A stretch of 64,000 nt of DNA, from the NCBI GenBank assembly GCA_964016885.1, contig OZ024742.1:259408001-259472000 (forward strand), read 5' to 3'. Of the stretch, positions 53,240 through 64,000 are shown piece by piece. The notes beneath the pieces were generated by a model, which searched no databases, had not been told where the DNA came from, and worked only from the letters and a program-made list of their open reading frames with translations. The DNA comes from Eledone cirrhosa. Its lineage: Eukaryota. Every line of letters begins with the position of its first letter. Position 1 is the stretch's first letter. A program made the position numbers and the translations under genes.

Positions 53240-53552
53240 TATGGAATGGACCTTCAACGGCTTCGATGAGGACTGATCAAGTTATTCGATCAACAGAGCA
53301 GCCTGTTCATGAAATTGGCGTGTAAGTGGCTGAGTATTTCTCAGACACGTGAACTATTAACGTCTTTCTCAGGGAGCTTCAGCATACAGTGTTTGAAAAG
53401 GCTGGCCTTTTTTAAATACAGGTACAACTGATATTTGCCAGTTGAGTTAACTGGAGTAACGTGTAATAAGACCTCATGCTGAAGGACACATGTCACCGGA
53501 TTAAATCGTACTCACTATTTTGAAATCGTGAACCGAACACTCTAACCACTAA
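53240..53552 (-). mobile_element. tRNA-derived SINE, family B
   Basis: tRNA-like head at ~53552 and body shared with 56005-56130, 24120-24220 and 9380-9560. Confidence 0.72.
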
Positions 53553-53614
53553 ATCATGTCTTTTCACAATTTACGGTATATGAGTCAGAGCAGAGTATAC
53601 AATTGTTATAAGCT

Positions 53615-53845
53615 ACATACTTACCTACATAAATACATACATACATACATACATACATACATACATACATACATACATACATACATACATGCATACATAT
53701 ATATATACATACAGACAAATATACATACATACATACAACATTACATACAAACATACATGCATACATACATACATACAAACATACATACATGCATACATAC
53801 AACATTACATACATACATGCATGCATACATACATACATACATACA

Positions 53846-53879
<34 letters not shown>

Positions 53880-53920
53880 CAAACATACATACATATAACA
53901 TTACATACATACATGCATAC
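53615..53920. repeat. (CATA)n microsatellite
   Basis: Directly visible. Confidence 0.95.
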
Positions 53921-54645
53921 GCAGGCAGAAAAACTGAGGTGGAAGCGATCATATGTTCATAATTGATGAGGAAAGACTGTGGTGTATATTGGTGTTTATG
54001 TAGGTAAATATGTCTGTACGTGTGTGTACATGTATTTAAGAGGTGACGGTACGTGTTAATGAGAGTGTGTTTGTGTGTGATGTGTGTTGGGGAATGTGTA
54101 TGCGTATGTGTATGTGTGTGCGTGTGACGAGTGTCGATGTGATGTGTGTGTATATGTGTGCGGCTTTGTAAGTGTGTGTATGTATATACATGTGTTAGTG
54201 TGTGTATCTATGGGTATGTAGCTGTACATATGGGTGTTTGGTAGACCCCCCCCCCCCTCCACTCCGGTTTAAGATGTATTGTTAACAGGAATCAGAATGT
54301 AACGAAAACCAACCGGAGAGGAATACAGAATTCTTCTTGATTTCTGTTGGGACATGATCTCTCTATAATGTACGCATACAGAGCTATACAGCTTTATACA
54401 ACCGCATACATACATACACATATATAGCTGTACACATACATACACAACATAACACACATATATAAAATGTTATATACAACCATACGCACATACACAGAAC
54501 TATAAAATTATATATACCCATTCACATATAAATACACATCACATATATTTATTGTTATATACTTCCAAATACATATACTCACATACATAGTGATATAATT
54601 AAATGTAGTCATACACATACATAGCATTATAGAGCTACATATAGG

Positions 54646-54692
<47 letters not shown>

Positions 54693-55237
54693 TATACATA
54701 CACATACATACATTATCATATAGCTACATACAGTCATAGACATATACACTCGTACATATCTCCAAACAACCATGCACATACATAGCTATAAACAGCCACA
54801 TACATATACATACACAACACCCACAATATTCAGACACATAACACACGCAACTAACACGCAACACACGCAACTAACACGCAACACACCACACACACAACAC
54901 AATACACATGCACACAATAGACATATATAATACGCACACAACACACACCCTAAACACATACACTACACACACACATGCACATAATACATATACATACAAA
55001 CATATATAAGATGACAATCTAACAGCAACTGTTTTTTTCTTCTAATCCCCTTTTCTTGACTGTGTTTCTTTTCCTTCTTCTCTCGGACAAACATCCACTT
55101 CAACCTTTTCTCATTCTGTTTCATTGAAGGACCAGGTTTCGAAACGTAAAATTTTTTTTTTTTTATATATTACATGTTATAGCTATTATATCATCTTGTA
55201 ATGAATTGTCCTCCTGTCTACTTTTACCTTGTGAAAT

Positions 55238-55371
<134 letters not shown>

Positions 55372-55377
55372 GCACAT

Positions 55378-55414
<37 letters not shown>

Positions 55415-55469
55415 AGCGTCGCGTGCTTTAATGTTTAGGGAGCTTGTTCAACATCGTGAAGGTGTGGGC

Positions 55470-55770
55470 TTCAACATCACTATCAACACAACCATCACCT
55501 ACACACTCAACATCACTATCAGCACAACTATCACCTACACCCTCAACATCACTATCAGCACAACTATCACCTACACCCTCAACATCACTATCAACACAAC
55601 TATCACCTACAGCTCCAACATCACTATCAACGCAATCATCACCAACAGATCCAACACAACCATCACCTACACCCCCATCATCACTATCAACACAACCGCC
55701 AAAAGCTCCATCGTCGCTATCAACACAAACATCACCTACAGCTCCAACATCACTATCAGCATCACCACAG
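55470..55770. repeat. 33-bp minisatellite (CAACATCACTATCAGCACAACTATCACCTACAC..)
   Basis: Repeated units. They explain the 255-aa ORF. Confidence 0.88.
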
Positions 55771-56264
55771 CTAATACTACTATACTCACAACAGACAATA
55801 GTACAAACATATTGGATTTGACTGCCTTATCAGATAAAGACTTATTCGTTACAACAACGATGAAAGACGACGGCTTAATATTTCTGCCAATACCACTACT
55901 GTCATTGGCAGCTTATCTCAGCAACTACACTATTCCATGTATCTCACTACAACTATCAATAGTAAAGGACTAACGTCGGTTTCGACGATGGATATTGAAG
56001 TTGTTCGATCAACATAACAGCCTGCTTATGAAATTAACGGGTAAATAGCTGAGCATTCCACTGACATGCATACCTTGTGGGATTCAGCAGAACACTGTGT
56101 GTGACAAAAGTGCTTCTTTGAATTACAGGTACAGTCCATCAGAAGGGCTTGCAAGCAGTTTCCGTCTACCCAATGAAGCGATATCTATAGAGGATATCTG
56201 CAGTTTTATTGTTTTCGCTGCTTTTTTCTACATTTTATAATCAAAGTTGCGAAACTAATCACTC

Positions 56265-56452
56265 TAAAGTACAGAACTAATCATACTAACGTGCGGAACT
56301 AGCCAGACTAAAGTGCGGAACTAGTCAAGCTAAAGTGCGGAACTAGTCAGGCCAAAGTGCGGAACTAGCCAGACTAACGTGCGGAACTAGTCAAGCTAAA
56401 GTGCGGAACTAGTCAGGCTAAAATTCGAGACTAGTTAGTCAAAGTGTGGAAC
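56265..56452. repeat. 20-bp minisatellite (AAAGTGCGGAACTAGTCAGGCT-like)
   Basis: About 9 visible units. Confidence 0.88.
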
Positions 56453-57002
56453 AACGATTTGTACACTTGTAAAGATACTATCAATATTTGAAACCATATT
56501 AGTAAGAAAATCTTATAAAAATCACTGTCTATGTCACATAAAATGTGTTACATTAATATTAGAAGATCTGTCCCCTAGTAAAGATACTATAAATATTTGA
56601 TTTAAGAAATCCGTTTTTAGAAATTTTCTATTGATGAAAAGCTAAAGTAAACAGACTTCCCAAATTTCTTGGGTAATTATCTCATCTCTAGCGATATTTA
56701 TAAAAGTCAACATATGTTTGGCAACGAATCTTCCATTTCTTTGTTTCTTTCTGTTTCATTGTTTTGTGTTTTAAATACTTTTTAACAAAAATAATGAAAA
56801 CTGAAAACGACATAAAATATAACAAAATAGAACCAATAATAAAGCATACACACACACACAGAGGCAGATACACATACACATATACGTAAAAACATACTCA
56901 CGCACACAGACAGGCATACACATATATTCAGAAACAAGTACACAGCAGATACACACCTAGCCAAACATATACGCACACTCAAACACACAAACACAAGTAC
57001 AA

Positions 57003-57061
<59 letters not shown>

Positions 57062-57182
57062 CACACACACATACGCACACAGAAACTCACAGGCAAACAT
57101 TCACATGCACACTCCATACACATACATAAGTACACACACAAACAAACGCATTCACACACACATACACACTCATACACATATA

Positions 57183-57214
<32 letters not shown>

Positions 57215-57877
57215 CTCACACACACCACACACACACATAAATACACATACACACGAACCGGGGAAATTAGTAAACCATCACAGAATGAAAAAAGGGTTCC
57301 GAAGAATAACTTCCTTACTTATCTGGTTAATGAATATCAAAGTGTTTTATTTCAGGGCGAGGTTAGCAAAGCTGTATATTTTCAAGGCTGATAGCATGAA
57401 GTTACACAATTAACATCATTTAGTCTACATATTAATATTTGCTTACTGAAACGATTGTGCAACAATAAATTAATGGCTATTGATTATCATTATAGTTATT
57501 ATTCTTCCATTGTTTAGCATTATGAGTAAGCACAAACTAAATTTAACATCAATGAAATGAAATAGCTAAAATATAAAGGCAATAGGAAAGGGAAAAGAAA
57601 AATAGGCAAGCCACGAAGTTTCAATGATTGAGTGATGGGCGTATGAAAGTTTTCAGTACGTCATCTCTTAGCGATGTGTTATATCATCGTACGCAGACAA
57701 TGATACATTAGTTTGGCAGACATTTTGTTTTTTTATCATGAATTGCTTTGCAGGGTCATTAGATGTCCGTTGACAGTTAATGACTGATAATAGTAGTAAC
57801 AGAAATGATGATAATAAATCGATTAGTTGCGAAAGTAAATGTCTGTATGTCTCTGTGTGAGTGAAAGAGAGAGAGAT

Positions 57878-57938
<61 letters not shown>

Positions 57939-58065
57939 TGTCGGAGAAACAGACAGAGAGACAGACAGACAGAGAGAGAAAGTTGCCAAATATAAATGTA
58001 AATACTCCTATAAATATAGATTCGTATTTAAGATTTATATTTGGCTACACGCACACACGCAAATA

Positions 58066-58138
<73 letters not shown>

Positions 58139-58213
58139 AATATTTATGTTTACATATGTGTTTGTGGATTTATATATGTTTATGTCCATATATATATATA
58201 TGTATATATGTGT

Positions 58214-58404
<191 letters not shown>

Positions 58405-58424
58405 GATAGATAGATGGCGATTCT

Positions 58425-58542
<118 letters not shown>

Positions 58543-58799
58543 GTATGTATAGATTTGCCATCAGTTACAATGCGCTATGAATATATATGATAGTATATAT
58601 AAACATATAGAAATGTTTCCTCTCTTTCTCATATATATTTATGTAAATATATGCTAATATGTATGCGTGTGTGTGTGTAGAGAGAGAGAGAGTGAGAGAG
58701 AGAAGGGTGGGGAGAAAGAAAGAGAGTGAGAGTACGTGACTGTGTGTGTGTGTGCATTTATAAATCTAGTCGACAAACTGAACTATATTAGTAAAAGAA

Positions 58800-58967
58800 T
58801 AATTGTTTCTACTTTTGGTACAAAGCCAGCAATCCACGCACTGTATTACTGGTACTTTATTTTATCGACCCCGTAAGGATGAAAGGCAAAGTTAAACTCG
58901 GCAGGATTTGAACTCAGACCATAAAGGGCCGAAACTCTTTGCTGCAAAGTATCTACCGATACTGCCA
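58800..58967 (-). mobile_element. tRNA-derived SINE, family A
   Basis: Reverse-complement copy with a small deletion in the head. Confidence 0.85.
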
Positions 58968-60100
58968 AAATAATACAAGTGTATTGTGTAAGAAATCAGA
59001 CTTGAATATTATAATTATTATCATGTTATTTCAAACACAAGCTCACTCATTATCACTATCACTTTTTCACACACACATGCTCACACACACGCCCATACTC
59101 GCTCTCCCTCTCTCTTTCTTTTTCTTTCTCTCTACCTCTCTCTCTCTCACTCTCTCTCTCGCTTTCATCCTTTCTCTCTCTATCTATCTCTCTTTCTCCC
59201 TCCCCTCTCTCTCTCTCTCTCTCTGTCATACACATATAAATCCATGAGCTATTTAACTTATGTTGACATCGTCATGGCGCTGTCAGTACTGGATTGGTAC
59301 TTTATTTATCGACCTCGAAATAATGAAGGGAAAAGCTAACAACAGTTGTAAATTATCTGAGAATGCCGCAAAGCATGTCCTAACCATTCTGACAATACAT
59401 CGCTTACAAACGCACATACGCACAAACACATGCACACACACACACTCACGCACATCAACGCTCACATACCTCACATGTACACGCACAAACGCACATAAAC
59501 ACACGCACATGCACATTCTCACATACACATACATTCAGAATTGTAGTAGGAAATATAAGTACAAGGGTTTACAAATAGATGCAAGCTCTCGCAGTGGTTT
59601 TCCTGTATCTCTTCACCTCCTCAAATTCTAAAGAATGCATCTCTAGTTATTTCAATATATCAAAATATTACAAAAGCCTTTTTATGAATTTTCAAAGTTA
59701 ATCTCTTGAGATCAACTACTTGGAGAGGGACATGTGTTCTTCCAAACATTCAACAACCTAATGACATTCTATGTGCATAATGATATTCCTTAAAGTATCT
59801 CCACCTGAACTATTGTGCACAACCAGCTATCTACCCACACACACACACAAACACACACACGTGCGCGCGCGCACATGCACATATATATGTATATGTGTGT
59901 GAGTGTGTGTGTATCTATGTATATCACCTATAATATGACGACGTTTTGCTTTAAAATGTTATCGAACTTTACATGTTTCACAAATGATTGGCTTAAAGTC
60001 TTTATCGATATTAAAGACACATCTCCAGTGTTGATCTGCTCACAAGCTATGTGGATTCAAGCCAATATATATATATATGTGTGTGTGTGTATGTGTGTGT

Positions 60101-60255
<155 letters not shown>

Positions 60256-60833
60256 TATGAGTGTGTGTGTGTGTACGATGTTTAGGCATCAGTACATATT
60301 TAATATGTATGATGATCAAGTATCTCAATAAATAAGCTCAATGGACCTTGGTTCAGAGCTTCAATTATTCACTTTAAAAGATATATGTAGATAGAGAAAG
60401 AGTCATATTTCGTTTGAGAACTATATTTTGTACACGGAGAGCTAATAATATTCAAGTGGTTGAAAATTCATTACTCTCCTTAAAGCGCTGTTCTATAGAC
60501 CAAAGGTACAACGCAAAACCATCGATCTAAGTAATCAATAACCGATTACCAGCTATTGATTTTTGTAAAGCTCCTGAATACATATCTAATCATCAGAGGA
60601 ATTGTTTTAATATATGTCCCACACAGTACAATATACATTTATATCTGTCGAGAGCAGAGAGTTGGTTTTAAATCTCTACTCCGCGTGGTGTCAAAAATAA
60701 TTAACGAGTAGGGCAGTTGTAAAAAGGACTGTATATTGTAGGGCTAGAAAGAGTTCTGAAGTGCTAGTATGTATTTAATATGTATTGATATGCATATTTT
60801 CCTGAATATTATTACTGTCTCAAAAGATATATG

Positions 60834-60901
<68 letters not shown>

Positions 60902-61097
60902 CATACATACACATACACATATATATATATATACCCTAACCCCCCCACCCCGCCACCCCACCCACCCCGCCATCCCACCCACCTACACATACACACACAC
61001 ATACACATATATATATTTGTTTATGAATGGGTGAATTGCCAATGGGTATCGCGAGGTAACCAGTTTAAAAAGGCACCCACTTCGTCGGGAGAGTATA

Positions 61098-61139
<42 letters not shown>

Positions 61140-61463
61140 AAGTTTTATTTAAATTGTTGGGTTACAACGAGTAAATATTTATAACTGATATAAAAGCACT
61201 CAACAAGTATTTGGAGTATATTTCTATCTATCTCTCTCTGTTTTTTCTTTACATGAATTTCTTCTCTATATCTATCTCTCTATATCTATATCTCTCGGTT
61301 TTTCGTTGCATGCATTTCTTCTTTTTCTTCGTTTTCTTTCTTTCTTTCTTTTCTTTTTTTCTATAACTGTCCCTAACATTTTTCACTACCAAATCAACTT
61401 TTTAAATGGAAGTTGAAGTGTAAGGTATGTCAAATCTATCTATTTATAAGACTGTTTATATTG

Positions 61464-61529
61464 TATTTTGTCTGATGAAGGCATACCATATTTTTAATAT
61501 GATATCCCTGAAATATATATAATGAAATA
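61464..61529 (+). ncRNA. Type I hammerhead ribozyme (diverged relative of 40821-40883)
   Basis: TATTTTGT-CTGATGA-AGG.ATA.CATATT/AATATG.TAT.CCT-GAA-ATATATAT-A-ATGAAATA. Confidence 0.8.
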
Positions 61530-61570
61530 AATATGATTTTATAAATATAGTTTCCATTTATTTAATATCG

Positions 61571-61709
<139 letters not shown>

Positions 61710-62033
61710 GTATGCGTGCGTGTGTATGCGTGCGTGTATGTGTGTGTACGTTTGGGTTAAAAGATATGAGGAACAGGGCTGAATACTAAAGTGTAGCGTA
61801 ATATTCATATATTACATTATTGAGACTGACGTCGATTGCTACTGTTAGTGTCGCGATTACACTATCATCAAGCATCTGTTACGTGATCAGAGAGAAACAC
61901 AAAAATGGGAATAACAAGAGAATGTAACCTTAGTAATATAACATAATTTCTGTCGTTGGAACTCCGTCGTTCCCGACGACGAATTTCCAAGATATTGTCC
62001 AACAGTCTGATTATGAGGTTACACACATTGATA

Positions 62034-62111
<78 letters not shown>

Positions 62112-62315
62112 CAGGGGCCCGTGGCTCTTATGATCGCCAACTAGCGTGAAAGAAATAAGTGACATAGTCACTACTTTAAAACCCATAACCTATGGTCTTC
62201 TAAATGTTTTTAATTAAACATATGGTATATTGCCACATTCATATATATATGTATATATACATATGGTATATTGCCTACATTCATATATATATGTATATAT
62301 ACATATATATATATA

Positions 62316-62459
62316 CAGGGTGGGCCAGAATTCATGACACACTTGATTGGCGAAGGGTGTGACATAGTTAATCAAATTTTTAAAAAAATAAATAACAAAA
62401 CCGGTGAGGCATATTAAGAAATATAACTAACAAGCGAGTCATGAATTCTGGCCCACCCT
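62316..62459. mobile_element. Tc1/mariner-type MITE
   Basis: ~30-bp TIRs (C)AGGGTGGGCCAGAATTCATGAC / GTCATGAATTCTGGCCCACCCT, with TA on the left side. Confidence 0.82.
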
Positions 62460-62523
<64 letters not shown>

Positions 62524-62671
62524 GATTGAGTATGTGTTGGTTGTTTACCGACACCTTAGTATGCAGGTAGGAGCACTCAACGAAGTGCGCAGCTTGGTCT
62601 GTTCACTCCGGAGTAATGTAAAATAATAAGTGTAAGTCAAACATGTTAAAGTTGGCTTCGTTTATTCCAAT

Positions 62672-62730
62672 TTGCTGCTATATATATTTCAGTGACAGCC
62701 ATTATTGGCTGTGACCTCATCAGGCAGTAA
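62672..62730 (-). ncRNA. Type I hammerhead ribozyme (intact core)
   Basis: On the minus strand: TTACTGC-CTGATGA-GGTcACAGCC aataat GGCTGTcACT-GAA-ATATATAT-A-GCAGCAA. Confidence 0.85.
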
Positions 62731-63864
62731 GAATTAAGGCAGAAAAAACAGGAAAACATGATGTTGTAATGGGTTCTACCCAGTTAATTCATCAATACGT
62801 CCAGATTCCTGCGTGTGTTGTTAGTCCTCAAAGAAACTGGAATAATATGGGCAAGAATAAACGAATTTTAGCGTCCAAAGGATATCTCCCTACCTCATTG
62901 GTCAGCTATCATACCACTCCCCTGCCGAATGTCTATTGAAATTCTTCAGAAACAGGTCAGCCTATCATTGTTGCTTTTATCAGTATGTTCAAGTCCAGCT
63001 GACCTAGTTTACCGTGGTGGTAGTGGTAGTGGTGTTAACAGCTCAGTCAGTAGGTCAACCATGGTCGGCTGCTGTTTTGAGAGGAAGAATTTGTATCTGT
63101 AGATTGACAGAATTTCTCCTTGCCACTACGTCTTATGGTGGGAGATGCCAAACAAAAAATGCGTGTGTGTTAAAACAAATAAAAATAAAAAACCTGTGTG
63201 TCAAAATCCAGAAGTGAAAAGAATTACTATTCTTATTTCTGCATAAAGTACATACGCGTATGTGTCCGCCAACGCACACCATTGCGCGTACACACGTATA
63301 AACACAGGTCCGGGTGCATTCACATATTCACGTCCACACAGTCACACACATCGGGACGCATATACGCCCACATGTGGATACACACGCACGGACACAGAGT
63401 CAAATGTCACCGCATGTGGTGGGGAGAGAAGTAAGTAGTAATAGGCGTGTCCTATTTACTTACGGTATTTATCACCGATACTTGCGTGCGAAAGGGGTCA
63501 GGTTCGAGGCAGCATATCCTCCGGATACGCGGATCACAAACCGGTGTTGGGTGCTGGGGCCCGTTGGTCGTAAATGTGGGGTGTCTGGTTGCACGCAGGG
63601 TAGGTCTCCGCCGACGTATTTGTCTCGCTAAATTATGTAGTGTCAGCTAACCTGGGTTCTGGTTAAGGAAGTGAGATGGGTTGACCACAGCGGTGTGAGG
63701 CACGGTTCTAGCTGCTAGGTAAGTGTGGGTTTCTATGTGCTAATCGAGGCGGGAGGAGAGTGGGGATAGAGACGGGTATAGGGGGTGGTTTGGTGTACCT
63801 TGGGCTCGGATTGACGGAGTTGCTATCCATATAATTTGAGGGCAGTTCCCATCTTAAGGGGTTG

Positions 63865-63999
63865 CTATCCATATAGCTTGAGGAAGGTTCCGGTCCTAAG
63901 GTCTCTATAGGTACCAAAGAAATCGGTCCTGAGGTTGATTAGGCTACTTCCACCAATAAGTATCTCGAGGGTCTTGCTCAGACAGAGGTTGCAGATTCC
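63865..63999 (-). pseudogene. C-terminus of a Penelope-like GIY-YIG domain (partial, not in ORF track)
   Basis: GICNLCLSKTLEILIGGSSLINLRTDFFGTYRDLRTGTFLKLYG* aligns with PCNLCSEETLQMLFSTDQLLNKKDEL of the 537-2690 ORF. Confidence 0.72.
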
Positions 64000-64000
64000 A

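Larger units (their letters stand above)
62524..64000 (-). mobile_element. 3' part of another Naiad-like Penelope element running off the window edge
   Basis: GIY-YIG C-terminus at the window end, ~1.3-kb 3' region with an HHR, and termination at (TA)n. Same layout as 121-3975. Confidence 0.72.

Noticed and set aside
55118-55152. TTGAAGG-ACCAGGTTTC-GAAACGTA HHR-like motif
   Set aside because: The core is mismatched without compensation and the stems are minimal. Possibly a relic, but unsupported.

Overview
AT-rich, microsatellite-dense eukaryotic DNA. The repeat content suggests an invertebrate, probably a cephalopod/octopus-like mollusc (inference). There is no convincing host protein-coding exon, and the window looks like a long intron or intergenic region. 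The only long intact ORF belongs to a Penelope-like retroelement (RT + C-terminal GIY-YIG, Naiad-like) at 121-3975, inserted in (TA)n and carrying an inverted pseudo-LTR. Other content: further truncated or degraded Penelope-like elements, RTE/CR1-type LINE fragments, many tRNA-derived SINEs, Helitron-like elements and MITEs. The main hidden signal is RNA structure. By eye I can fold at least 15 type-I hammerhead ribozyme (HHR) motifs from roughly 8-10 unrelated sequence families. They include a compensatory U3-A8 core variant, a family with structure-preserving covariation, and tandem 306-bp and 169-bp HHR repeats resembling retrozymes. A textbook-looking recursive splice site (polypyrimidine-CAG|GTAAGT plus an 85-nt RS-exon) is at 31041. 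All folds were made by hand and are untested. Most short ORFs in the track are microsatellite artefacts.
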